Assembly (NCBI GenBank): GCA_033764265.1
Contig: JANRJB010000112.1
Coordinates: 764 to 64,763, forward strand
DNA: 64,000 nt
Origin: Rhodospirillaceae bacterium
Lineage (GTDB): Bacteria; Pseudomonadota; Alphaproteobacteria; Rhodospirillales; Rhodospirillaceae
Direction: 5' to 3'
The position numbers were made by a program, and so were the translations under genes. Shown one piece after another: positions 1 through 8,677 of this stretch (within the stretch, counting starts at the first letter, position 1; every line of letters begins with the position of its first letter). The notes under the pieces were generated by a model. That model ran no database searches, was not told the DNA's origin, and saw only the letters and a program-made list of their open reading frames with translations.

Positions 1-546
1 GCGCACGCCGCGCACGCGGCCATCCGGTTCCGCGAACAGGTCGGTGACGTGAGCTTCCAGCAGAATATCGATTCCGTCGCGCGCCGCGGCGTTGTGCAGC
101 GCGCCCATCAGCTCCGATCCGGTGCGGTTGGGCGTGCCGTGCATGCGCATACGGGAATGGCCGGGATACAGAAACGAGTCCACCAGCGACAACGGCACAC
201 CGGCGTAATCGGCCAGCCACTCCACCGTCGGCGCGCCCTCGGCGGCCAGATGCAGGGCCATCGCGGCGTCGGTCTTGCCCTTGGTCTTGGCCAGAATGTC
301 GTCGCGGAACAGTTCCGGCGAATCGTCGATGCCCTTGGCCCTCTGGAACCGGCTGCCCGGCGCCGGGATCAGGCCGGTCGACATGGCCGTGGTGCCGAGC
401 GCGGAGGCGTCGCGTTCCAGGACCAAAACCTCGGCGCCGTGCTCTTTGGCCGACAGCGCGGCGCTCAGGCCGCAGCCGCCGCCGCCGACGATCACCACCG
501 GCACGGTGCCGGCGAAGCTGGCTTGCGCGGGATCGAGGATGCTCAT
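1..546 (-). CDS. FAD-dependent oxidoreductase (FAD_binding_2 / fumarate-reductase-flavoprotein-like); N-terminal part only, gene runs off the window
   Basis: Not in the ORF track because it is open at the window edge. Reverse-complement translation from ATG (CAT 544-546) gives MSILDPAQASFAGTVPVVIVGGGGCGLSAALSAKEHGAEVLVLERD...GTTAMSTGLIPA, a Rossmann GxGxxG FAD-binding N-terminus. Confidence 0.7.
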   Translation of the reverse strand, partial: MSILDPAQASFAGTVPVVIVGGGGCGLSAALSAKEHGAEVLVLERDASALGTTAMSTGLIPAPGSRFQRAKGIDDSPELFRDDILAKTKGKTDAAMALHLAAEGAPTVEWLADYAGVPLSLVDSFLYPGHSRMRMHGTPNRTGSELMGALHNAAARDGIDILLEAHVTDLFAEPDGRVRGVR

Positions 547-565
547 GACTGGAATGCTTCAAGCT

Positions 566-1645
566 TCAAGGTGTGACGATAGTAATGCGATCGGCAAAGG
601 CCGAGCCCAGGAACAGGGCGTTGCCGGCTTGCAGCGCGACCGACGCGCCCGGAATGTCGCCGCCAGATTGGGAAAACAGGGTTCGCCGGCGCGACAGTTC
701 CGGGTCGACCTCGGTCACCGCGAACGGAAATCCGCAACCGGGCTTGGCCAGTTCCGCGCAGCCCAGGGTGCCGATCAGGCGCACGGCGGTGTTGCCGGCC
801 AGCAGCAGAGCGCCGCTATCGGTCCAGGTGATGTTGTCGGGCCGGATCGGCAGGATCATGTCCTTGCGTTTGCCGGTCGCTACTTCGATCCGGCTGACGG
901 TACTGTTATAGGTCGCCGCCATGTAGACGGTGTGGCCGAACCGATCAACCGCGATCCCGTTGGGAAACGACGCATAGGAATTGCGCACGCGCTTCCAGCC
1001 GCCTTCGCCGCTCCACGAGACCACGAACCCGGTCTGCGCGCCGGCCAGGAACTTGGCCATCAGGTAGTACTGTCGCAGCCCCTCGGGCCGATAGAACATG
1101 TGGGTCGCGAACAGCTGCCCATCGGGTCCGATCGCCACATCGTTTAGGAAATACAAGTCGGGCACACGAACGCAGCCGACCCAGCTCAGCTCCACGCCGC
1201 CGGCGTCCGCCGTGCCCTCGAACAGTTCGATCCGCTGCCGGGCCGAGCCGTTGATGGCCGCGACCCGGTAACTGCCGTCATCCTCGCGCCGCACGTCGAT
1301 GCCGCGATACTGGGGTAGGGGCGGTGCCATGTCGCAGGCGGCATCGCCCCAGCGGGCGGGCGTCGGCTCGCTGGGATATGTCACGTGCGGGGCCTGCACG
1401 GCCTTGGAGCCGACGTTGAGCAGCGCGAGCGGCGCACGCGCCGCGCCGGTGCGCCCTTGCGGGAACAGAATCCACGGGGTGTCGGCGAAGCGCGCAAGGT
1501 CTTCAGGGTTGTCGACCTCGCACACCGGCGTGCCGGCCTTGGCCGACAGGCACGACACGACCGCTACGGGGCGGCAGGCGCTCAGCGCAAGGGCGAAGAC
1601 AGCCGCCGCGACAAGGCGCGCGGCGATACGGGCTGGTCCGGACAT
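566..1645 (-). CDS. Lipoprotein, beta-propeller-like (SMP-30/gluconolactonase/strictosidine-synthase-like; fold call tentative)
   Basis: ORF 566..1708. Internal start M22 (CAT 1643-1645) yields signal peptide MSGPARIAARLVAAAVFALALSAC with a lipobox Cys. Strand-like repeats (NGIAVD, PDNITW) are present. Confidence 0.6.
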   Translation of the reverse strand: MSGPARIAARLVAAAVFALALSACRPVAVVSCLSAKAGTPVCEVDNPEDLARFADTPWILFPQGRTGAARAPLALLNVGSKAVQAPHVTYPSEPTPARWGDAACDMAPPLPQYRGIDVRREDDGSYRVAAINGSARQRIELFEGTADAGGVELSWVGCVRVPDLYFLNDVAIGPDGQLFATHMFYRPEGLRQYYLMAKFLAGAQTGFVVSWSGEGGWKRVRNSYASFPNGIAVDRFGHTVYMAATYNSTVSRIEVATGKRKDMILPIRPDNITWTDSGALLLAGNTAVRLIGTLGCAELAKPGCGFPFAVTEVDPELSRRRTLFSQSGGDIPGASVALQAGNALFLGSAFADRITIVTP

Positions 1646-1664
1646 GGGCCGGACCTTGGCCGGA

Positions 1665-2627
1665 TTAGGGCGCGGCTGCAACCGGTTCCTTGAGGAAGGC
1701 GAGCACATCCGTGGCGGTCCGTTCTGGCAGTTCCAGCATCGGCATGTGGCCCGCGTCGGGGTAGCGCACTATCGTCAGCGGCGCGTTCTTAAGCAGGTCG
1801 CGCACTGCGTCGCCGACGAACGGCGGCAGCACTTTGCCGCCGTCGCCCCACTGCAACAACGTCGGCGTGCGCAATGCGCCGAACTTGGCCGTCACGTCCA
1901 GCGTGTCCCACAGGTTGTACTGGGTCTGGATGTACGCCTCGACCCAGGCCGCGGCGCCGGCGCGGTTGTTGATGTCGTGATACTGCCGCACCAGATCGTC
2001 GGTCACGCGCTCGGGTTTCGCGAACACGTCACGCAGGAAGGCGCGATAGAAATACTCGGTCTGATAGGGTGCGAGCCAGCGGTTGAGGCGCGCGCCGAAG
2101 ATCAGGTTCTCCGCCGGCTGGCGGCGTGGCGGTCGGCCGGTCGGCAGGGTCGACACCACCAGCTTGTCGACGCGGTCCGGGTTGTCGATGGCATAGAAGG
2201 TCGCGACCAGCGCGCCGTTGCTGGTGCCGCCCAGGTTGACCTTCGCAAAGCCCATCTGGTCGATGAACTTGCCCAACAGCTCCACCGACCGCTCGGTCGA
2301 GTAGTCGCCGGTCGGGTCGGGACCGGAAAGCCCGTAAGGGGGGTAATCCATCTGGATGACGCGGAAGTGCGGCGACAAGGTCGGCGCCCAGCCATCGAAC
2401 ATATGCAGGTTGCCAAGATGTCCGTTGATCAGGATCAAGGGCGGCCCATCGCCCGTCTCGCGGATATGGAACGGTACGCCGTCGACCGTCACGAATCGCG
2501 AGGGCGCCGTCGCATAGGTCACCTTGAGCGTATCCAGCGACGGATTCCACCAGCCCAGCTTCAACGACCCGTAGACCGTGCCCGCGGCGACGAGGATGGC
2601 GCCGACGATCCCGAACATCAGCTTCAT
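1665..2627 (-). CDS. Alpha/beta hydrolase, N-terminally membrane-anchored
   Basis: ORF 1665..2627. Has an N-terminal TM segment (MKLMFGIVGAILVAAGTVYG), a canonical Ser nucleophile elbow GGTSNG and a C-terminal catalytic His context DAGHMP. Confidence 0.8.
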   Translation of the reverse strand: MKLMFGIVGAILVAAGTVYGSLKLGWWNPSLDTLKVTYATAPSRFVTVDGVPFHIRETGDGPPLILINGHLGNLHMFDGWAPTLSPHFRVIQMDYPPYGLSGPDPTGDYSTERSVELLGKFIDQMGFAKVNLGGTSNGALVATFYAIDNPDRVDKLVVSTLPTGRPPRRQPAENLIFGARLNRWLAPYQTEYFYRAFLRDVFAKPERVTDDLVRQYHDINNRAGAAAWVEAYIQTQYNLWDTLDVTAKFGALRTPTLLQWGDGGKVLPPFVGDAVRDLLKNAPLTIVRYPDAGHMPMLELPERTATDVLAFLKEPVAAAP

Positions 2628-2718
2628 GATGCGTTCCCGAACAAGTCCAACGCGCCGACCTTATCGCGCCGCCGTCGCGGACGTGATTGACTTTTCTGTA
2701 TGGACCGCGTCCACGCGG

Positions 2719-3201
2719 TTATTGGTCGACCGGCGGGCGCTTGAGGATCAGCGGGGTCAGCTTGGGCTTGGCCGGCTGCGCGCTCAGCGTCACCCCGGCG
2801 ATCCGCCACGCGCCGTCGTTGCGTCGGATCATGACATAGTTGGCGTCCACCTCGGCGTCGTCCGCGCCCCGCAGCCGCACCCGCTGCACGAAGTGGTTGC
2901 GGATGCGCCGCAGCTCCAGGAACACCGCGCCCTTGGAGCGGTGAATCGCCTGGTAGTCCTTCTCCACCATGGCGGCGAAGGCATCGGCGGTCTCGAACGC
3001 GTTCTGAATCTGCGGTGCGGCATAGGAAAACGCCGCATCCAGGTCGTTGCGGTTGAAGGCCGCGAGCTGTTCCTCGATGGCGGTTCGGATGCCGACCGAT
3101 GGGTCGAGCGCGGGGTCGATGTCCGACGGCGCGGTGGCGTGCGCCGCCGCGTGTAGACCCAACGCCACCACGATCAGCCCGACAAGCCGAACCAAACTCA
3201 T
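2719..3201 (-). CDS. Secreted small protein, NTF2-like/DUF4864-like
   Basis: Only the last 160 codons of track ORF 2719..4257 are credible. Starts MSLVRLVGLIVVALGLHAAAHA (signal peptide; CAT 3199-3201). The upstream part of that ORF is antisense to the dehydrogenase gene. Confidence 0.6.
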   Translation of the reverse strand: MSLVRLVGLIVVALGLHAAAHATAPSDIDPALDPSVGIRTAIEEQLAAFNRNDLDAAFSYAAPQIQNAFETADAFAAMVEKDYQAIHRSKGAVFLELRRIRNHFVQRVRLRGADDAEVDANYVMIRRNDGAWRIAGVTLSAQPAKPKLTPLILKRPPVDQ

Positions 3202-3315
3202 GCCACGTGTCCCGCGCGCCCCGACCGACGGCCGGACGAGGCCTGTTGTATTGTTCCAAAACAACGGGCAAAGGTCACCCCCGAAGATTGCACGGTTCGG
3301 CACAGGAGCGGCGGC

Positions 3316-4182
3316 ATGGCGACGGTGGCGTTCATCGGTCTCGGCGTGATGGGCTTTCCCATGGCGGGGCACCTGGTTGCCAAGGGCCACCGCGTCACGG
3401 TCTACAATCGCACGGCCGCCCGGGCCGAGGCCTGGACGGACCAGCATGGGCAATCCCGCGCCGATACGCCGCGCCGGGCCGCGCGCGGCGCCGAGATCGT
3501 GTTCACCTGCGTCGGCGATGACCCCGACGTGCGCGCGGTGGTGACCGGCGAGGAGGGCGTGCTGGCCGGCCTGTCGCCCGGCGCCGTGATCGTCGATCAC
3601 ACCACCGCGTCGGCCGATCTGGCCCGCGCGCTCGCGGCCGAATGCAACGGCCTCGGCGTCGGTTTCATCGACGCGCCGGTCTCGGGCGGTCAGTCGGGGG
3701 CCGAAAACGGCACGCTGACGGTGATGTGCGGCGGCGCGCCGGCGGCCTACGACAAGGCCGCGCCGGTAGTCGCGGCGTATGCCCGCACCTGCCGGCTGAT
3801 GGGGCCCAGCGGCGCCGGCCAGCTGACCAAGATGGTCAACCAAATCTGCATCGCCGGGCTGGTCCAGGGCCTGGCCGAGGGGATGAACTTCGGCCTGCGT
3901 GCCGGGCTCGACATGGACGCGGTGCTCGATGTCATCGGCAAGGGCGCGGCCCAATCCTGGCAGATGGACAATCGCGGCCGCACCATGTGCGTCGACACGT
4001 TTGACTTCGGCTTCGCGGTCGACTGGATGCGCAAAGACCTGCGCATCTGCCTGGACGAGGCCCGCCGCAACGGCGCGCGCCTGCCGGTGGCTGCGCTGAT
4101 CGACCAGTTCTATGCCACAGTCCAGGCTCGGGGCCATGGCCGCTGGGACACCTCGAGTCTGATGAGCCTGCTGACCGACTAA
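3316..4182 (+). CDS. NAD(P)-dependent beta-hydroxyacid dehydrogenase (3-hydroxyisobutyrate / 2-hydroxy-3-oxopropionate reductase family)
   Basis: N-terminal MATVAFIGLGVMGFPMAGHL dinucleotide-binding motif. Length of 288 aa and the downstream GxxGxG(Q)xxK-type region (GPSGAGQLTKMVNQ) are typical of the family. Confidence 0.85.
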   Translation: MATVAFIGLGVMGFPMAGHLVAKGHRVTVYNRTAARAEAWTDQHGQSRADTPRRAARGAEIVFTCVGDDPDVRAVVTGEEGVLAGLSPGAVIVDHTTASADLARALAAECNGLGVGFIDAPVSGGQSGAENGTLTVMCGGAPAAYDKAAPVVAAYARTCRLMGPSGAGQLTKMVNQICIAGLVQGLAEGMNFGLRAGLDMDAVLDVIGKGAAQSWQMDNRGRTMCVDTFDFGFAVDWMRKDLRICLDEARRNGARLPVAALIDQFYATVQARGHGRWDTSSLMSLLTD

Positions 4183-4228
4183 GGCGCGTTCAATTTGCCG
4201 CGTGGTTCCATCCGTGGTACCATGCGGC

Positions 4229-4480
4229 ATGAAGGTCGATAAGCGTCTCGAGGCCATGCGCCTGAACCCGAGGGCCGACTGGACGCTGGCCGACCTGCAA
4301 ACCGTCGCGGCGCGTTACCGCGTGGTGTGGCGGCATGGCGGCGGCAGCCATGCGGTTTTCCGGTCGCCGACCGGCATGCAATTGGTTGTTCCGGCGCGGC
4401 GGCCCATCAAACCGGTCTACGTGTCGCGGTTCGTGGAGTTGATCGATGACGCCAAAGAAGCGCAATTCCCGTCCGGCTGA
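4229..4480 (+). CDS. hicA: Type II toxin HicA family (mRNA interferase)
   Basis: Start at M10 of ORF 4202..4480. GGSHAVFRSPTGMQLVVPARRPIKPVYVSRFVELI matches the HicA GSH...vP.h...k core. Overlaps the hicB start. Confidence 0.7.
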   Translation: MKVDKRLEAMRLNPRADWTLADLQTVAARYRVVWRHGGGSHAVFRSPTGMQLVVPARRPIKPVYVSRFVELIDDAKEAQFPSG

Positions 4481-4847
4481 TGTCTCGTACGTGGTTCGCC
4501 CGCTGACGGCGGACGAAGGCGGCGGCTACCTGTGCGAAATCGTCGAGTTTCCGGGTTGTCTGGGCGACGGCGAAACACCGGCGGCAGCCATCGCCGACGC
4601 CAAGTCCGCGCTCAAAGCCTGGACGAAAACCGCCGCCGAGTTCGGCGACGACCGTCCGGCCGGTTCGAGCGGACAATGGCGGTTGCGCGTGCCCAAATCG
4701 CTGCACCGCCGCCTCCACGAACGCGCCCGCGTCGAGGGCGTCAGCTTGAACACGCTGGCGGTCTCCATGCTGTCGGAAGGTTTGGCCGGGCGGACGATGG
4801 CCATCGATCGCAACGCACGGAAATCGGCGACTGCCGCAAGACGGTAA
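4446..4847 (+). CDS. hicB: Type II antitoxin HicB family with C-terminal ribbon-helix-helix
   Basis: GGYLCEIVEFPGCLGDGETPAAAIADAKSALKAW is the HicB N-domain. LRVPKSLHRRLHERARVEGVSLNTLAVSML is the RHH DNA-binding tail. Confidence 0.8.
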   Translation: MTPKKRNSRPADVSYVVRPLTADEGGGYLCEIVEFPGCLGDGETPAAAIADAKSALKAWTKTAAEFGDDRPAGSSGQWRLRVPKSLHRRLHERARVEGVSLNTLAVSMLSEGLAGRTMAIDRNARKSATAARR

Positions 4848-4885
4848 TCACGCGGAACCTCAGAACCGCTATCGCCGTACATCTC

Positions 4886-5488
4886 ATGCCGGATGCAACC
4901 AAGACTTACGCCGCCATCTACGCCGATCCGCCGTGGCGCTTCTTCAATTTCAGCACGAAGGGCGAGGGGCGCAACCCGATCTCGCATTACGAGTGCATGT
5001 CGTTCGAGGACATGGCGGCGGTGCCGGTGGGCGACCTCGCGGCCAAGGATTGCGTCCTGTTCCTGTGGGCCTCGGATCCGCTGTTGCCGGTGGCGTTTCG
5101 CCTGATCGAGGCGTGGGGTTTCACCTTCAAGACCGTCGGCTTCTATTGGGCCAAGCTGAACAAGAAGGTCGTGGACAAGCACATCACCGAACGCGATTTT
5201 TTCACCGGCCTCGGCTACTGGACCCGCGCCAATGCCGAACAGTGCCTGCTGGCCACCCGCGGCCGGCCCAAGCGCAAGGCCAAGAACGTCAGGCGGCTGA
5301 TCGTATCGCCGCGGCGCGAGCACAGCCGCAAGCCCGACGAAGCCTATGAACGCATCGAACGGCTGGTCGACGGGCCGTACCTGGAACTGTTCGGCCGCGC
5401 CAGCCGCCCCGGTTGGGACAGCTGGGGCGATCAGGCCGGTCTGTTCGACAACGGCGCGGTCGACACCCGTCGCCGTCCGTCCGACTGA
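4886..5488 (+). CDS. MT-A70 family N6-adenine DNA methyltransferase (orphan; no cognate nuclease seen)
   Basis: In-frame ATG at 4886 within ORF 4532..5488. Catalytic DPPW motif (YADPPWRF); FLWA and EHSRKP motifs are typical of MT-A70. Confidence 0.85.
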   Translation: MPDATKTYAAIYADPPWRFFNFSTKGEGRNPISHYECMSFEDMAAVPVGDLAAKDCVLFLWASDPLLPVAFRLIEAWGFTFKTVGFYWAKLNKKVVDKHITERDFFTGLGYWTRANAEQCLLATRGRPKRKAKNVRRLIVSPRREHSRKPDEAYERIERLVDGPYLELFGRASRPGWDSWGDQAGLFDNGAVDTRRRPSD

Positions 5489-5495
5489 CGCGCGC

Positions 5496-6947
5496 TCACG
5501 CCGCCGGCAATTCGCGGATCTGGCGCAGGTCGGTCGGCGCCTGGGTGTTGGTCATCAACGCCTTCTTGCGGAAGAAGCGCAGGATCGAGGCCGGGCCCAT
5601 GCGGCTGCCGCCGAGACCCGACAGGTTGAACGAGGTTTTTTCCGCATCGCGCAGGATGGCGCCGGTGAGCGTGGTGTCCTGCAGGCTGATACCGCCGGCG
5701 TCGATCTCGCGGCCCAGTTCCAGCGCTTCGTCCTCGCTGCCGGCGATGACCGCGCCCGACAGGCCGAACTCGGTGTCGTTGGCCAGCTTCACCGCCTCGT
5801 CCTTGGTCTTGTATTTCACCACCGGAATCACGGGGCCGAAGGTCTCGTCCTGCATGACCTTCATTTCGTGGGTCACACCGGTGAGCACGGTCGGGCGCAT
5901 GTAAAGCCCGCCGCCGAGGTTCTGGCTTTTTCCGCCGGTGCGGACTTGCGCACCGCGCGCCACCGCGTCGTCGATCTGTCCGTCGACGATGCCGGCCTGC
6001 TTGGCGAAGATGAACGGCCCGATGTGGCCCTTGTGCATGTCGGGGTAGTTGAGCTCGATCTGCTCGGCTTTCTTGACCAGCTTATCGACGAAGGCGTCGT
6101 GCACCTTTTCCTGCACGTAAACGCGCTCGATGGAAAAACAGATCTGACCGGTGGCGTAGACCGACCCGCGCAGCACCGCGTCGGTGGCGCGCTCGAGGTC
6201 GGCGTTCTCGGTGACGATCACCGGGTCCTTGCCGCCCAGCTCCAGGAACACCGGGATGAAACGGCGCGCGCACGCCTCGGCGACTTTCCGGCCGGTGGCC
6301 ACGGACCCCGTGAAACAGACGATATCGACGTTCTCGATCAGCGCTTGGCCGGTCTCGCCGTCGCCGACCACGTAGGTCAGTACCTTGGCCAGTTCGGGCA
6401 CGCTTTGGATCGTCTCCATCAGCGGCTCGACAAAGCGCGGTGTCACTTCGCTGGGCTTGATGATGGCCGCGCAGCCGGCGATCAGCGCCGGCGTGGCGTC
6501 GATGGCCGACAGCATCATCGGGAAGTTCCACGGGCTGATCACGCCAAGCAGCGGGTAGGGCTTCAACTGGCTGCGGAACTTGACGTGCGGCATGATGGTC
6601 GAGGTGCCTTCCAACAGCGCCTTCTTGACGATCTCGGGCGCGCGGTCGCACCAGCCGCGAATGCCCCAGATCACCGCGTCGGGGCTTTCGCTGGCCATGC
6701 GATAGCGACCGGTATCGGCCGCCTCGGCCAAGGCGATGGCGCGCCGGTTCCGGTCGATCGCGTCGGCCCACTGGCGCATCACGCCGACACGATGCTCGAT
6801 CGGCGCCGCCGCCCAGTCTTTCTGCGCCGCCCGCAGGCCTTTCGCCTTCTCGGCAACCTCGACCGCCGTCGGCGGGGTGATGTGGTAGTCGATCTCGCCG
6901 GTGCGCGGGTTACGCACGGGCAGGGTGTTGCGGCGCAGGGCGGTCAT
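5496..6947 (-). CDS. NAD(P)-dependent aldehyde dehydrogenase
   Basis: ORF 5496..6989. ALDH motifs FLELGGKDP and catalytic-Cys context GQICFSIERVYV. Start chosen at M15 (CAT 6945-6947, AAGG about 10 nt upstream); the ATG at 6989 is the alternative. Confidence 0.85.
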   Translation of the reverse strand: MTALRRNTLPVRNPRTGEIDYHITPPTAVEVAEKAKGLRAAQKDWAAAPIEHRVGVMRQWADAIDRNRRAIALAEAADTGRYRMASESPDAVIWGIRGWCDRAPEIVKKALLEGTSTIMPHVKFRSQLKPYPLLGVISPWNFPMMLSAIDATPALIAGCAAIIKPSEVTPRFVEPLMETIQSVPELAKVLTYVVGDGETGQALIENVDIVCFTGSVATGRKVAEACARRFIPVFLELGGKDPVIVTENADLERATDAVLRGSVYATGQICFSIERVYVQEKVHDAFVDKLVKKAEQIELNYPDMHKGHIGPFIFAKQAGIVDGQIDDAVARGAQVRTGGKSQNLGGGLYMRPTVLTGVTHEMKVMQDETFGPVIPVVKYKTKDEAVKLANDTEFGLSGAVIAGSEDEALELGREIDAGGISLQDTTLTGAILRDAEKTSFNLSGLGGSRMGPASILRFFRKKALMTNTQAPTDLRQIRELPAA

Positions 6948-7090
6948 CGCGGAAACCTTGGCTGGGAGGGGACGGCGTGGGCCGGACATTAATCAGTCTG
7001 GCCGGCTTGGCCAAGCCTCGCGGCGGCCGAATCGGCTCCATGGAAAACAATGAAAAGACAATGATATTCAATTAATTGCACAATACTGTC

Positions 7091-7111
7091 TATACGACGA
7101 TGTGGCGTATA
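7091..7111. promoter_or_regulatory. Inverted repeat TATACG-N9-CGTATA in the AT-rich vapBC leader (candidate VapB operator)
   Basis: tatacgacgatgtggcgtata lies about 25 nt upstream of the vapB ATG, flanked by the direct repeat ATACTGT. It sits in the only AT-rich stretch of the 6990-7136 intergenic region. Confidence 0.35.
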
Positions 7112-7136
7112 TACTGTGCTGAGGAGAACCGCGGCC

Positions 7137-7406
7137 ATGGCGCTTAGCATCAAAGACCCCAAAACCGACCGCCTGGCGCGCGAGGTGGCGCGCCGCACCG
7201 GCGAAACGCTGACCGCGGCGATCGCGCGCGCGCTTGAAGAAAGATTGTCGCGACTGAAGGTCCGAAACCGGCAACGCGGTCTCTATGATGAACTCGATGA
7301 GGTCGCGCGTGCATGCGCGGCTCTGCCTGACCGCCATCGGCGGACTGACGACGATATTCTCGGATATGACAGTCAGGGCATCCCCCATCAGCCGGGCGAG
7401 GGTTGA
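7137..7406 (+). CDS. vapB: Type II antitoxin VapB/FitA-like
   Basis: MALSIKDPKTDRLAREVARRTGETLTAAIARALEERL is the typical VapB/Rv0623-like antitoxin N-terminus. Its stop is 8 nt before the vapC ATG. Confidence 0.8.
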   Translation: MALSIKDPKTDRLAREVARRTGETLTAAIARALEERLSRLKVRNRQRGLYDELDEVARACAALPDRHRRTDDDILGYDSQGIPHQPGEG

Positions 7407-7414
7407 GTGAGACT

Positions 7415-7822
7415 ATGGTGATCGACTCTTCGGCGTTGGTTGCAATCCTTCAAAACGAACCCGAGAAGCCCGGATTTCTTCGTGCGATCGATCTGTCCGC
7501 CGTCAGATTGATGTCGGTCGCGAGCCTGGTGGAGGCAACCATCGTGATCGAATCGCGCAAGGGCCCGGCTGGCCGGAAAGCAATCGATACTTTTGTCGCG
7601 CGGGCCGGGTTTGACATCAGGCCAGTTGATCTCAAGCAAGGCGATATCGCCCGTGATGCGTATCAAAAATACGGCCGTGGGCAGCATCCGGCCGGCCTGA
7701 ACTTCGGCGACTGCTTTGCCTACGCGCTCTCGGTCGCCACCGGCGAACCGCTGCTGTTCAAGGGCACCGATTTCGCCAAGACCGACGCGGCGGTCGCGGA
7801 ACTGCCGTCGGCGGACGCTTAG
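7415..7822 (+). CDS. vapC: PIN-domain ribonuclease toxin VapC
   Basis: MVIDSSALVAIL (first acidic residue), later E/D positions and GDCFAYALS are typical of VapC PIN domains. Confidence 0.85.
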   Translation: MVIDSSALVAILQNEPEKPGFLRAIDLSAVRLMSVASLVEATIVIESRKGPAGRKAIDTFVARAGFDIRPVDLKQGDIARDAYQKYGRGQHPAGLNFGDCFAYALSVATGEPLLFKGTDFAKTDAAVAELPSADA

Positions 7823-8667
7823 TCGGCCTTCATGGCGTCGGCGAATGCCTCGTCGCCGGTGCGGATGCCGATGGTGGTGGGCGCGGGCGTAACGCCCATG
7901 CCGAACTTGCGCACGAATCCGCGTTCGTCGGTCCAGAAGTGGCCGTGCATTTGTCCGGTGCGGCCCGAGACGTCGTCTTTCAGGTCTTCGACGAAGTGCC
8001 AGTGACGGATGCCCAAGGGCGTGCCGTCGTTGCCGGTTGCGGCCTGCAGGCGCGGCGGATCGAGGCGTGCCTTACCTTCGGTCAGGACCGAATCCTGAAT
8101 CATCGAGATGCCGACCCAGCGGAACGCCTGCGGCCCGGCCGAAGTCGGCGGCACATGCCGCGCCATCACCGTCATGGGCAGCGCGCTGGGCGCCATGTCC
8201 ATGAAGCAGTCGCGTCCACACGGCACGGTCCAGGTGTCGGTCTTGGACGCGCCGTCCTTGGTCAGGGTTTCGCGGCGCATCGTGATGACGTCGCCTGCGC
8301 GCTCGATCAGCACTCCGCGCATAATGCCCGACTCCTTGTCGGTGCCCAGACCCACGGCGCGCGTCGCGATCCAGGCGTGGTCGAAATCCCAACGGCCCTG
8401 CGCCGTATAAGCCACGGACGCCGGCGTGATCAGGCTGATGATCGAATATCCGCCGTCGGGCCTGCGGGCGACGACGAAGTCCTCCCACCGGGTCTGGGAT
8501 GCCGCGCCGCGGACCTGCAGACTGCCGCGGTCGATCACTTTGTCACCAGCGTAATCCGGAACGAACGTACTCGGGTCGATCAGGGCCGGCCACAATACCT
8601 GCGCCTGCGCCGCCGATGCCGACGCCGCGCATAACACGACCAGCAGGAAACCCAGCGACCGATTCAT
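7819..8667 (-). CDS. Secreted protein of unknown function
   Basis: ORF 7819..8667. Signal peptide MNRSLGFLLVVLCAASASAAQAQ; GC3-rich codon usage; no motif I can name. Confidence 0.6.
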   Translation of the reverse strand: MNRSLGFLLVVLCAASASAAQAQVLWPALIDPSTFVPDYAGDKVIDRGSLQVRGAASQTRWEDFVVARRPDGGYSIISLITPASVAYTAQGRWDFDHAWIATRAVGLGTDKESGIMRGVLIERAGDVITMRRETLTKDGASKTDTWTVPCGRDCFMDMAPSALPMTVMARHVPPTSAGPQAFRWVGISMIQDSVLTEGKARLDPPRLQAATGNDGTPLGIRHWHFVEDLKDDVSGRTGQMHGHFWTDERGFVRKFGMGVTPAPTTIGIRTGDEAFADAMKAD

Positions 8668-8677
8668 GATCTCTGCC

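Noticed and set aside
3202-4257. N-terminal 350 codons of track ORF 2719..4257 (512 aa)
   Set aside because: This part is antisense to the 3-hydroxyisobutyrate-dehydrogenase-like gene. A signal-peptide start at 3201 gives a coherent 160-aa secreted protein, so the extension is read-through of an open frame.
5346-6992. 548-aa plus-strand ORF opposite the aldehyde dehydrogenase. Similar long antisense ORFs: 13135..14100, 14626..16014, 34159..35709, 36744..37916, 38782..40113, 30280..31260
   Set aside because: In every case the opposite strand or another frame carries unmistakable family motifs (ALDH, ABC ATPase, HlyD, alpha-E, MFS, PepN). The rejected frames are low-complexity Arg/Gly/Asp-rich shadows.
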